A DNA stretch of 64,000 nucleotides from Candidatus Aminicenantales bacterium (lineage in GTDB: Bacteria > Acidobacteriota > Aminicenantia > Aminicenantales > UBA4085): positions 62,001 through 126,000 of the forward strand of contig JBEKTZ010000009.1 in NCBI GenBank assembly GCA_049515535.1, read 5' to 3'. The notes beneath the pieces were generated by a model that was not told where the DNA came from, made no database searches, and saw only the letters and a program-made list of their open reading frames with translations. Positions 1 to 9,323 of the stretch are shown in pieces (position 1 is the stretch's first letter; each line of letters begins with the position of its first letter). The position numbers were made by a program, and so were the translations under genes.

Positions 1-14
1 AGAAGGAGATCGCT

Positions 15-731
15 ATGAGACTCTCTGTCAATGTCGATCATTTCGCCTCGCTGCGCGAAGCGCGGCGGGCCGCGGAACCCGAACCCGTGCTGACGGCTCT
101 GCTCGCCGAACAGGCCGGGGCGGATGGGATCACGGCCCACCTGCGGAGCGACCGCCGGCATATCAAAGAACGCGACCTGCGGATCATCCGGGACGTCATC
201 AAGACCAGGCTGACGCTCGAAATGGCCGCGACCGACGACATGAAAAAGGTCGCCCTCGAGATCAAGCCGGACACCGTCTGCCTCGTCCCCGAGCGGCCCG
301 AGGAATTGACGACGACGGGAGGTCTGGATGTCATCGCCCAGCGGAAACCCCTGACCGCGTTCATCAAAGAGCTGAATCAGGGGAAGATCCGGGTCAGCAT
401 CTTCGTCGATCCGGACCTCGAACAGATCGACGCCTGCGGTAAGCTCGGCGTTCCGCAGATCGAGATCCATTCGGGCATCTACGCCGACCTGAAGCCGGGC
501 CCGGCGCGGGATAAGGCTCTGTCCGACATCGTGAAGGCCGCCGAGTTCGGGCACAAGCTGGGCATCGAGGTCACGGCCGGCCACGGGCTCGATTACCACA
601 ACGTCCGGCCGATCGTCGCGATTCCCGAGATCACCGAATTGAGCATTGGATTTTCGATCGTAGCCCGTTCGGCCGTGGTCGGAATTTCGCGGGCCGTCCG
701 CGAGATGATCGCATTATTGGCAGGGCCATGA
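15..731 (+). CDS. pdxJ: pyridoxine 5'-phosphate synthase
   Basis: LSVNVDH, GITAHLRSDRRHI, CLVPE...TTTGGLD and AGHGL motifs; AAGGAG RBS at the window start. Confidence 0.95.
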   Translation: MRLSVNVDHFASLREARRAAEPEPVLTALLAEQAGADGITAHLRSDRRHIKERDLRIIRDVIKTRLTLEMAATDDMKKVALEIKPDTVCLVPERPEELTTTGGLDVIAQRKPLTAFIKELNQGKIRVSIFVDPDLEQIDACGKLGVPQIEIHSGIYADLKPGPARDKALSDIVKAAEFGHKLGIEVTAGHGLDYHNVRPIVAIPEITELSIGFSIVARSAVVGISRAVREMIALLAGP

Positions 732-1954
732 ATCTCAAAATCGACATCGATCGTCTGAGAGGCGACCTCGAAGATCTCGGCCGGATCGGCCGCGATCCGG
801 ACGGCGGCATCACGAGGCCGTCCTTCAGCCGGGCTGACCTCGAGGCGCGCGACTGGCTCGCGGAGAAAATTCACGAGGCCGGGCTCGACTACCGCCTCGA
901 CGGGGCGGGAAATATCTTCGGGCGGATGGGAGGGCCGGGTAAAACCGTCATGGTCGGCTCCCATATCGACACCGTGGTCGGCGGAGGAATGTTCGACGGC
1001 TCCATCGGCGTTCTTTCCGGGCTGGAATGCCTGCGGACGATCAAGGAAAGCGGGCTCAAATTATCCCGGCCGCTGGAATTGGCCTCATTCACCGACGAAG
1101 AAGGCAACCTGGTCGGCGACTTTCTCGGAAGCCGGGCCTTCATCGGCGGGCTGAACGCCGAGGCCCTGGAAAAAGGGCTGACCCAATTCGGCCGACCGCT
1201 CAAAGACGTCTTGAAGGGCACGGCCTTCACGATTGAGAGCATCCTCGAAGCCCACGGGTCCGCGTCCGAAATCGCGACCTATCTCGAGCTCCATATCGAG
1301 CAGGGGCCGGTGCTCGAAACCGAGGAGATTCCCATCGGCATCGTCAGCGGCATCGCCGGCAAGTATTACCGCTGGTGCTCGTTTCTCGGCACCGCCGGTC
1401 ACGCGGGGACGACGCCCATCGAGCTGCGACAGGACGCGTTTCTCGGACTGGCCGATTTCGCCCTCCGGAGCACGCAGCACGTCGCCACGCACCATTATGG
1501 GAGCATGGTCACGATCGGCAAGGTCCGGGTGATGCCGGGCGCGTTCAGCATCGTGCCCGGGCAGGCCGATTTCTCATTCGAATTCCGGAGCCATTCCAGG
1601 GAAACGCTGGAAGCCTTGGAGAGGGAGTTGTTCGATCTCGCCGGGGACGTCGCCGCCACGCGTGGGCTGGCCTTCGCCTCGAAGATCATCGACCGGACCG
1701 AGCCGGTGAGCATTGCGCCTTGGTTAACGGACCTCCTCAAGGAGGAGAGCGAGAGACTCGGTTATCCCTATCTTCTTCTCCCGAGCGGGGCGGGCCACGA
1801 CGCGCAGATTCTCGCGGCGAAGACGGATGTGGCCATGATCTTCATCCCCAGCCCGGACGGGATCAGCCATTCTCCCAGGGAAAGCGTGCGTTGGGAGGAT
1901 TTGGAAAAAGGCGCGAACCTCTTGCTCCAGGCGCTGGTCAGGCTGGCCGAATAG
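728..1954 (+). CDS. M20-family Zn-dependent amidohydrolase (allantoate amidohydrolase / N-carbamoyl-L-amino acid hydrolase-like)
   Basis: GSHIDTV, FDG, FTDEEG, YLELHIEQGP, AGHAGTTP, SGAGHDA motifs; ATGA overlap with pdxJ. Confidence 0.9.
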   Translation: MNLKIDIDRLRGDLEDLGRIGRDPDGGITRPSFSRADLEARDWLAEKIHEAGLDYRLDGAGNIFGRMGGPGKTVMVGSHIDTVVGGGMFDGSIGVLSGLECLRTIKESGLKLSRPLELASFTDEEGNLVGDFLGSRAFIGGLNAEALEKGLTQFGRPLKDVLKGTAFTIESILEAHGSASEIATYLELHIEQGPVLETEEIPIGIVSGIAGKYYRWCSFLGTAGHAGTTPIELRQDAFLGLADFALRSTQHVATHHYGSMVTIGKVRVMPGAFSIVPGQADFSFEFRSHSRETLEALERELFDLAGDVAATRGLAFASKIIDRTEPVSIAPWLTDLLKEESERLGYPYLLLPSGAGHDAQILAAKTDVAMIFIPSPDGISHSPRESVRWEDLEKGANLLLQALVRLAE

Positions 1955-1996
1955 AAAACGCGGACCTGTCGTTTATTCGCAAGAGGAATCCCCTTC

Positions 1997-2431
1997 CTAA
2001 TAGTCTCCGGAATTGTCCTTGAACGTCCGGCCTTTTTTTATTTCCGCGCGTTTGTGTTTATCCGCCAGCATTTTGTCCTTAGCCCGTTTCGAGCGTTTCC
2101 TCTTTTGCCTCCGAATCTTCTCGATCCTCTGCTGTTCCGCGCTCTCTTTCCCGCGGACCCGCGCTTCGATTTTGTCGGTCAGGATGCGGCGCGCGAAAAA
2201 CCTGTTCAGCGCCTGGGACCGTTCCTGCTGGCATTTGACTTCGATCCCGGTCGGAACATGCTTGAGGTAGACGCACGTCTCGACCTTGTTGACGTTCTGG
2301 CCCCCTTTCCCCTGGGAACGGACGAATTTCTCGATGATATCGCTCTCGCGGATGTCGAACGCCTCCATCTTGCGCCGCAGGGCGCTCTCTTTTTGCGGAC
2401 TGACGCCGAACGAAAACATGACGCGATTCAT
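1997..2431 (-). CDS. small RF-1 domain peptidyl-tRNA hydrolase / ribosome rescue factor (ArfB/C12orf65-like)
   Basis: C-terminal part of ORF 1997..3541: [14 protein letters not shown] (GGQ), [20 protein letters not shown] and a basic tail; start ATG 2431 or 2419. Confidence 0.85.
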   Translation of the reverse strand: MNRVMFSFGVSPQKESALRRKMEAFDIRESDIIEKFVRSQGKGGQNVNKVETCVYLKHVPTGIEVKCQQERSQALNRFFARRILTDKIEARVRGKESAEQQRIEKIRRQKRKRSKRAKDKMLADKHKRAEIKKGRTFKDNSGDY

Positions 2432-2494
2432 ATAACATAATTGACCGGACGCTTCAATTTCTATACACTTCTTTTTTTCCGAAAGGAGCGCACG

Positions 2495-4153
2495 ATGAAA
2501 CCCGTCAAAATCATATTCTCCGGTCTCGTTGTCCTGCTTATCGGCTTCGGCCTGACGAGCGGGCTGGCCCAGACCCCGAAGCCGCCGCTGACCGTGGCCG
2601 AAGAGACAAATTACGCGGCGACCTCCCGCTACGCCGACGTCATGAATTTCATCCGGGAGATGCAGAAGCAGAGCCCGCTCCTTCGCCTCGAAACGCTCTG
2701 CCGGAGCGCCGAAGGCCGCGACGTTCCGCTCCTCGTCATCGGCAGTCCGGTCCCCGTCTCGCCGATCGAGCCCCGCGCCGCCAAAAAGGCCGTGATCTAC
2801 ATCCAGGCCAATATTCACGCCGGCGAGGTCGAAGGCAAGGAAGCCTCGCTGATGATGATTCGGGATATCCTCCAGCAGGCCAAGCCGCCCTACCTCGACA
2901 AGCTCATCCTCCTGGTCGCGCCGATCTTCAACGCGGACGGCAACGAGAAGATCAACCCCAACAACCGCCGCCAGCAACCCGGCCCCGAGCAGGGCGTCGG
3001 CGTCCGGACCAACGGCCAGAACCTCGACCTCAACCGGGACGCCATCAAACTGGAAAGCTATGAGGTCGCGGGCCTCCTCCAAAACGTCCTCATTCGCTGG
3101 GACCCGCTTCTCCTCATCGACTGCCACACGACGGACGGCGCTTACCACGAGCAGACCGTCACGTATTCCTGGCCGATCAACCCCAACGGCGACCAGGCCC
3201 TCATCGATTTCCAGCGCTTCAAGATGATGCCCGAGATCGAAAAGATCATGAAGGACAAGTACAAGACGCTCGCCCTCGGCTACGGCGGCTTCCGCGACGC
3301 GAGGGCGCCCGAAAAGGGCTGGGAGACCCTCGAGCCCCAACCGCGATACATCACGAATTACATCGGCGTCCGCAACCGCCTGGCCATCCTGGACGAAAAT
3401 TACGTCCACGCCGATTTCAAGACGCGCGTAGCGGGAAGTTACGCCCTCCTGCTCGCGACTCTGGATTACTGCTACGCCCATGCCGACGAGCTGTTGAAGA
3501 TGGTCGCCGACGCCGATGCGCGCACGGTCGCGAGGGGTCAAGCGCCCAAGCCGGCGGACGTCTTCGGCGTCGAATTCGAGCTCAAAGCCCTGCCCAACCC
3601 GATCACGGTCCTGGGCTACGAGATGGAGGTCAGCCAGCAGCCGGGATCACCGTATCCCCAAATGAAAAGGACGGACAAGAAAAAGACCTACGTCATTCCC
3701 TATTTCGCCGATTTCGTTCACAAGCGGACCGTGGCATTCCCGGCCGGATACCTCATGCCGGCCGCGACGCCCGAAGTCGTCCGCAAACTCATCCAGCACG
3801 GCCTGCTCGTCGAGCGGCTGATCCAACCCGCGACACTCGAAGTCGACGCGTTCAAGATGAAGGAAGTCAAGGGCGCCGAGCGCCTCTATCAGGGCCACCG
3901 GACCAACGCCATCAAAGGGGATTACGCCAGGACGTCGATGGAATTCCCGGCCGGGACGGTCTTCGTCACGACGGCCCAGCCGCTGGCGAATGTCGCGGCT
4001 TATCTCTTGGAGCCTGAAAGCGACGACGGTCTGCTGGTTTGGAACTACTTCGACAAAGATCTCGCTTCGGGAGGGTTCGGCGGAGGCCCTTCGGCGTTCC
4101 CCATCTATAAGCTGATGAAACCCGCAGCGATGGTGAAGGAAACGATCAAGTAA
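2495..4153 (+). CDS. secreted M14-family zinc carboxypeptidase
   Basis: Signal peptide; NIHAGE, FNADG, DLNRD, DCHTT motifs; AAGGAG before ATG 2495. Confidence 0.85.
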   Translation: MKPVKIIFSGLVVLLIGFGLTSGLAQTPKPPLTVAEETNYAATSRYADVMNFIREMQKQSPLLRLETLCRSAEGRDVPLLVIGSPVPVSPIEPRAAKKAVIYIQANIHAGEVEGKEASLMMIRDILQQAKPPYLDKLILLVAPIFNADGNEKINPNNRRQQPGPEQGVGVRTNGQNLDLNRDAIKLESYEVAGLLQNVLIRWDPLLLIDCHTTDGAYHEQTVTYSWPINPNGDQALIDFQRFKMMPEIEKIMKDKYKTLALGYGGFRDARAPEKGWETLEPQPRYITNYIGVRNRLAILDENYVHADFKTRVAGSYALLLATLDYCYAHADELLKMVADADARTVARGQAPKPADVFGVEFELKALPNPITVLGYEMEVSQQPGSPYPQMKRTDKKKTYVIPYFADFVHKRTVAFPAGYLMPAATPEVVRKLIQHGLLVERLIQPATLEVDAFKMKEVKGAERLYQGHRTNAIKGDYARTSMEFPAGTVFVTTAQPLANVAAYLLEPESDDGLLVWNYFDKDLASGGFGGGPSAFPIYKLMKPAAMVKETIK

Positions 4154-4173
4154 AAGAAAATCGTCCCCCCGCG

Positions 4174-4998
4174 CTATTTCTTCTTTTTTTTCTTGGCCGC
4201 GACGATATACTTGCCGCAATTTTCGCAGACGTAAATGTCGTTGCTGCCTTCGATCGCCGAGCTCATCTGAGTGGAGATGTTGATATTGCAGCTCTGGCAG
4301 GCGCCGTCTTCGACTTCGGCCACGGCGAATCCGTAGCGTTCCATGAGCCGGTCGAAGCGCGCGAGCAGGGCCTGGTCGAGCTCCTCGCGGATGATGGCGG
4401 CCTGGGCCTCGAGGGGTTTTTTCTGAGCCTTGGTCGCCTTTTCCTTTTTGATCTCGATTTCCTGGAGTTTCCTCAAGAGGCCGGCGCGGCTGACGATCTT
4501 GTCTTCGTGAGGCAGCCTCAGCTCGATTTCGGACAGGACGTCGAAGAGAGCGGTCTTGTCCTTGGCCTCGAAAACCCTCTGCCGGAAATCCTGGCGTCTC
4601 AAAAAATGGGCGAGGCCGGCGAAGAGGTGGTTAAAGAGGCCCGGGAGCGACGGGTTCCAGATGACCAGGATGATGAGCCGGACTTTTTTCTTGTCCGGAG
4701 ATTCGAAATCGATGCCGTTCTCGGACCGGCCGACGGCGATGGCCATCTCTCCGCCCGTGTCCACGCGGGCGTGCGGCACGGCGACGCCCTCGCCCAACGC
4801 CGTGGATTCGAGATTTTCGCGATCGATCAGCCTCGTCAGAATGAGCTTCTTGTTCAGGACATGTTTGTGTTTGGCCAGGACATCGAGGAGCTCTTCGATC
4901 GCGTGGATTTTATCCTTGGCTTTGAGATCGTGGATGATATGGCCGGGTTTGAGATAATCAGAAAGGTACGTGATTCCCGAAATCTCTTTACCGTCCAT
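4174..4998 (-). CDS. PTS EIIA (PtsN/fructose-type) domain fused to a C-terminal C4 zinc-ribbon domain
   Basis: RENLESTALGEGVAVPHAR phospho-His motif and GIDFESPD; C-terminal CQSC-x20-CENCG after a helical linker. Confidence 0.8.
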   Translation of the reverse strand: MDGKEISGITYLSDYLKPGHIIHDLKAKDKIHAIEELLDVLAKHKHVLNKKLILTRLIDRENLESTALGEGVAVPHARVDTGGEMAIAVGRSENGIDFESPDKKKVRLIILVIWNPSLPGLFNHLFAGLAHFLRRQDFRQRVFEAKDKTALFDVLSEIELRLPHEDKIVSRAGLLRKLQEIEIKKEKATKAQKKPLEAQAAIIREELDQALLARFDRLMERYGFAVAEVEDGACQSCNINISTQMSSAIEGSNDIYVCENCGKYIVAAKKKKKK

Positions 4999-5028
4999 GA
5001 ACTAAAATTATAGCACAAAAAGGCGCTT

Positions 5029-5949
5029 TTACGAAACGTCTTTTTTCGAGACGATCGCCCCGAGCTCATAGGTTTCGCGGATTCCCGCCAGGCCGACGGC
5101 CCGCGACGCCAGCGCGACGCCCGCCGCGGCCGCTTCGAACACGGGACGGTTGCCCGCGAGGGCCTGCATGGCCTTCGCGCAAAAAACGTCGCCGCAGCCC
5201 GTCGTGTCCACAACGGCGCCAGCCTCGGGCGCCCGCACGAGTCGCGATTCTTCCGGCGTCGTGACTCGAACGCCGTCTTTGCCCATGGTCACGAAAACGG
5301 CTTTAACGCCGACGCCGAAGGCGGCCTCCGCGAAAGCGGGAATTTCCCCCGGGTCCGGCCAACGATCGGGATGGCCGAGAAGCGACGCCACCTCCTGTCG
5401 ATTGGCCTGGAGATAGGCCGCGCCTCTCGCGTAGTCCAGCCAATCGGGGACGGCGACGTATTCCCTGTGCGTGCGCAGCTTTTTCTCCAGGGCGAGCGAA
5501 TGGATATCGAGCCAGACAGGACACGCCGCATGATCCACGATACGGCGCCAATCCGCGAGCGTCACATCGAAGCCCGAATTGAAAACCATGAGGAGCATAT
5601 CCAGGCGAGAGATCCCGGCGAGAACGGCCGCGGCATCGAGGGGCGCGACGACGGAGGCGAGGATCTCCTCCCGCTCCTTGAGTTTTTCGGAATAGCGGAG
5701 GAAGACCTGATTGCCGGACCCTTTGACGAAACGCAGCCCCTCCCGGCGAAGAGTTTTCCAGCCGCCGATCAGATCTTCGACGTCCGTCTTCATCTCCAGG
5801 CCGCAGTTCGCGTGGAGAAAGACGTCCTCGCCCAGGCCGCACAGCACCGCCGCCTGGTAGAGAATTCCGCCGAGCCCATGATATGTCCTCCCGGAATCCT
5901 GGGTGATGTGATCCGAGGTGATGGTCCCGATCAGGCCGAAATTGCTCAT
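5029..5949 (-). CDS. PfkB/ribokinase-family carbohydrate kinase
   Basis: N-terminal GG, LQANRQE, VTMGKDG, VDTTGCGDVF signature. Confidence 0.85.
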   Translation of the reverse strand: MSNFGLIGTITSDHITQDSGRTYHGLGGILYQAAVLCGLGEDVFLHANCGLEMKTDVEDLIGGWKTLRREGLRFVKGSGNQVFLRYSEKLKEREEILASVVAPLDAAAVLAGISRLDMLLMVFNSGFDVTLADWRRIVDHAACPVWLDIHSLALEKKLRTHREYVAVPDWLDYARGAAYLQANRQEVASLLGHPDRWPDPGEIPAFAEAAFGVGVKAVFVTMGKDGVRVTTPEESRLVRAPEAGAVVDTTGCGDVFCAKAMQALAGNRPVFEAAAAGVALASRAVGLAGIRETYELGAIVSKKDVS

Positions 5950-5986
5950 GTCCGTGCGGCCCCATGGTAAGCGAGCGCGTCGGAAA

Positions 5987-6137
5987 TATCAACCCATTCG
6001 ACTCCCCGGGCTTTGCAGTCCTCATTCGCGAAGCAAATGAGGGCGGGCTGAAGCCCGGGGTATGCTCAGGGTTAATACTGAGCGGCGCTTTTTACCCCGA
6101 TTTAAAAATCGGGGTTTGGCGCCGTCGAACGTATCAA
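5987..6137. repeat. nested multi-hairpin intergenic element (MITE/PATE-like) bounded by TATCAA direct repeats
   Basis: Stems TTCGAC/GTCGAA, CCCCGGGCTT/AAGCCCGGGG, CCTCATT/AATGAGG, GCTCAG/CTGAGC, ACCCCGATTT/AAATCGGGGT; TATCAA at 5987-5992 and 6132-6137. Confidence 0.55.
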
Positions 6138-6306
6138 GGAAGGGAAAACCCGGCCGGTGGACAGTTTCTGGGACTTGATTCCCTGTCCCTAGGGAAAGGC
6201 CGACGGCACGGTCATCCGCGATTCCGGACCGAGTCATTTGACCGCGCTATCATATTTCGATAGTATTCATGGGGATGGATTTTACCGGAAACAAAGGAGC
6301 GTTATT

Positions 6307-6906
6307 ATGAAAAAAGATATCCGCATCGCGGCCGTCGCGTTCGTCGCGATTTTCCTGGCGGCGCACGTCGCGGGCTCGAGCGCCGGCCAGCCCCAGCCGG
6401 AGCCCAAGGCTTCGCCCCCGATCCTCGTAACGTCTTGCGGCCAGAGCGAGGGTCCGTCCATGTTGAACACGATCCTCAAACGCGTCGGCGTCGTTTACGA
6501 CATCGTCCCCTTGGCCACAGTCAGCGACCTCAAGGCCAAGGGCTACAAAACGCTGATCATCACCATGGGCGCCAGCCTCAAGGGCATGGGCGCGGCGGGC
6601 ATTTCGATCGACGACGAGCTCAAGCGGATATCCGAGCTCATCGACGCGGCGAGAAAAGCGAAGATCACCATCATCGGCGGCCACATCGAAGGCATTAAGC
6701 GGCGGGCCCAGGGCGCCGATCCCGGCGACACGACGGACGAGCAGAGCATCGACACCGTGGCTCCCAAATCCGATATTCTCTTCGTCAAGAAAGAGGGCAA
6801 CGCCGACGGCCGGTTCACGACGATCTCCCAGGGCAAGAAAATCCCCATGGTCGAATTCGAAAAGAACATGGATATGGTGGCCGCCCTCGAAAAGATATTC
6901 AAATAG
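6307..6906 (+). CDS. exported DUF6305-like protein
   Basis: Signal peptide; PILVTSCGQS, GASLKGMGAAGI, HIEG..RR, GNADGRF motifs; AAGGAG RBS. Confidence 0.7.
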   Translation: MKKDIRIAAVAFVAIFLAAHVAGSSAGQPQPEPKASPPILVTSCGQSEGPSMLNTILKRVGVVYDIVPLATVSDLKAKGYKTLIITMGASLKGMGAAGISIDDELKRISELIDAARKAKITIIGGHIEGIKRRAQGADPGDTTDEQSIDTVAPKSDILFVKKEGNADGRFTTISQGKKIPMVEFEKNMDMVAALEKIFK

Positions 6907-6954
6907 AAGCGGGAACGCCCCGAACGATAGGGGAAACGCCTCGCTTTTTTCGCC

Positions 6955-7020
6955 AGTCAAGGGACGAGCCTTCGCGGCGGAAGCGGATCCCCAGGCAAAG
7001 CCTGGGGCCCCTGACGCCGC
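6955..7020. repeat. dispersed REP-like hairpin repeat, copy 1
   Basis: First 28 nt identical to 39848 (AGTCAAGGGACGAGCCTTCGCGGCGGAA); hairpin CCCCAGGC-AAA-GCCTGGGG; lies between convergent genes. Confidence 0.7.
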
Positions 7021-7050
7021 CCCGGCCGCCGGGGAGGCGTCCCCGTTGTT

Positions 7051-9132
7051 TTATTTCTGCTGGATCTTCACGAATCCGGCTTTTTCCAGAGCCCGGAAAT
7101 AATTCTCGACGTCTTTGATGCCGACGGCCCCGGCTTCGGCTTCCGCGGCATTGTGAATGGCGAGGATGCTCCGTTTCCCGTCGATATAGTTCCGAATCGC
7201 GCTCTCGGCTCGCCCAAGCGAATACGCCGGCGCGTCTTTCATGTCCCGGCGCAGGGCCGCGAACCCCCTATTGTCGAAAGGCCCCTGCATTTTCTCGGTT
7301 TTGACCGGGACGAGCTTGCCGGCGCGGAGCTCATCCGCGGTCAGCAGGATCCGCTGAGGGATGAGGGTCTCTTTCAGGCATCGGTTCCGGTAAATCTGCT
7401 CGAGCTCCCGGTCATAGGGCAGTCGCAGATCTTCGAATGTCTTGATCTGGGTTCTGAGAAAGGTCTCGAGCGCAGCGTCGTTTTTAATGAAGAACCTGAT
7501 CGAGCCCAGCGTCTCCTGCTCGTGGTTGACGGCCTGGTCGAGGATATTGTCCGCCTCCCTATAGGCCTCGTGGACCTTGGTCTTGTCGGCATCGAGGAGG
7601 AGGTTCACGGCCCGCGCTTTCTCCTTGCCTAAGCGGGCATAGGACCGCATTGACACCTCGTTGATCAGCCACGAGATTTCCGCGGGGCCGCCGCCGGCCA
7701 GAAAGACCGCCGCCGCCGCGCCGATGAAAGCGACGCGCTTGAGTTCCGTCGCGTCGGACTTGTCGACCGTGTCGCGGTTCGTGTGATACCACTGGTCAGG
7801 CCAGACGATGAGCATGACGGCCGGCACGCGGACTCCGCTGTCGTCGAAGACGACGTGGTCGCTGCCGCCGGAATAGGGATCTATGACGTAATAAAAAGGA
7901 TCGCGCGAGCCGTTGGGCGACCAGATCGGAAGATACGCCTCGGTACGCTCGTTGTTGCGCTGGGTCGTTCCGACCCATTCGAAAAGGGCTCCCATGACGT
8001 CGTTGAGGTAGGTGGCGAGATACCAGGGGGCCTGGACGAGCTCCGTCAGACTCTGGTTCTTGATCAGGCCCTCGCCGACCATATCCTCGTTGATGTCGGC
8101 GAAGAACTTCCTGACGATATCCGGATATGTCTTGATATAGGCCTGCGTCCCGGAGATTTCCGGCACGAAGAGAAAGCGGACCGATCTCTTGAGCGGCGGG
8201 ATCTTGCCGTCGTCCATGAGTTTTCTGAGCGTGCGCGCCGTCTCGAGGATCGCCACGCAGCCGCTGATGTTGTCGTTGGCGCCCTGCTTGGCAAAACCTT
8301 CGAAAAGGTGGGCGGTGAAGACGAGCTCCTCGTTCGGGAATTCCTTGCCCGGGATAAAGGCCTCGACCATCTGCTCTTTATACGGAACCATCTGGGCCTT
8401 GGCCACGGCCCGGACTTCGATCTTCGTCCCGCGCTCGAGCTGGTCGCGGAGGTCGTTTCCCAGGCGCGTCGAGATCATGAAGCCGAAGGTTTTTTTCTGT
8501 TCCTCGGCGGCCCGGATCGAGCTCCAGCCGACTTCGTCGGGGTCGAATTCCGGATGGCCCGAGGCATAGGCGATGATCCCCAGCGCGCTGAGCTGATCGA
8601 CGGCCAGCGCCTGGGCTCCGCCGGGAGATCCGTTGACCAGGACGATCTTGCCTTTGACGTCCTTGCCGTCGTAATAGTCCTTGCGGTTGCCCGGGCCGAC
8701 ATAGACAAGCTCGGCGGTCGTGTCCGTCGAGACACTTCCCGAACAGAGCGACGCCGCGATCTCCTTGAGATCGGCGATCTTCCGCTTCATAGGTTTCGTG
8801 ATCCACAGCTCGCCCATCTCGGCGTCCCAGGTGAGCGGGCCGCGCGTGGGAAGGTCGATGATCCGGGAATCTTTGATGCCGTATTCCTTGAGTTTGTCGA
8901 GAACGAACGCGGCGTCGAAATATCCGTTGATATATTCCTCGGGCGGGCGGTTGTGGTTGACTCCGGCGATGAGGATTTCGTTCTGGAGCGCCAGGTCGCC
9001 GGAGACCTCGTTGATGATCTCCTGGAGAAGGCTGAACGGAAGGAGCGTCTTGGGAACGCCTTCCGCGGGCTGGGCGGCCGCGAATCGGGCGGCGCAGAAT
9101 ATGAGGAACGATGCGATGATGATCTTTTTCAT
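7051..9132 (-). CDS. secreted M28-family aminopeptidase with PA domain (DUF4910-like)
   Basis: Signal peptide from ATG 9132 (GGAGG RBS); PA domain DVKGKIVL; TAHL, GANDNISG, VPEISG, NEDMVG, GGSDH, YHTNRD. Confidence 0.8.
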   Translation of the reverse strand: MKKIIIASFLIFCAARFAAAQPAEGVPKTLLPFSLLQEIINEVSGDLALQNEILIAGVNHNRPPEEYINGYFDAAFVLDKLKEYGIKDSRIIDLPTRGPLTWDAEMGELWITKPMKRKIADLKEIAASLCSGSVSTDTTAELVYVGPGNRKDYYDGKDVKGKIVLVNGSPGGAQALAVDQLSALGIIAYASGHPEFDPDEVGWSSIRAAEEQKKTFGFMISTRLGNDLRDQLERGTKIEVRAVAKAQMVPYKEQMVEAFIPGKEFPNEELVFTAHLFEGFAKQGANDNISGCVAILETARTLRKLMDDGKIPPLKRSVRFLFVPEISGTQAYIKTYPDIVRKFFADINEDMVGEGLIKNQSLTELVQAPWYLATYLNDVMGALFEWVGTTQRNNERTEAYLPIWSPNGSRDPFYYVIDPYSGGSDHVVFDDSGVRVPAVMLIVWPDQWYHTNRDTVDKSDATELKRVAFIGAAAAVFLAGGGPAEISWLINEVSMRSYARLGKEKARAVNLLLDADKTKVHEAYREADNILDQAVNHEQETLGSIRFFIKNDAALETFLRTQIKTFEDLRLPYDRELEQIYRNRCLKETLIPQRILLTADELRAGKLVPVKTEKMQGPFDNRGFAALRRDMKDAPAYSLGRAESAIRNYIDGKRSILAIHNAAEAEAGAVGIKDVENYFRALEKAGFVKIQQK

Positions 9133-9214
9133 GGCGCCTCCTAAGCCCTCTATTCTATAAGATTGAAAAAATATGTAAATACTCCATATCGTAGCTCCAT
9201 GACCCATGGACATG

Positions 9215-9240
9215 TCCCCGAAACTGTACTACGGTCAGGC
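9215..9240. repeat. 26-bp dispersed intergenic repeat, copy 1 (inverted copy at 26763-26788)
   Basis: TCCCCGAAACTGTACTACGGTCAGGC matches the reverse complement of 26763-26788 with one mismatch. Confidence 0.6.
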
Positions 9241-9323
9241 ATCGAGACGATTGAAAAAAAAGCATATTTCATCTAGAGTAAAACTTTATGGCCTGACGGA
9301 TTCCTTTTAAGGAGGGCCGGCCC

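Noticed and set aside
2432..3541. N-terminal 370 aa of the 514-aa minus-strand ORF
   Set aside because: Antisense shadow of the M14 peptidase; only the GGQ-containing C-terminal part looks like a real protein.
5950..6306. Riboswitch upstream of pfkB or the DUF6305 gene
   Set aside because: Structured, but I could not match the conserved cores of known riboswitch classes; the border repeats favour a mobile repeat.
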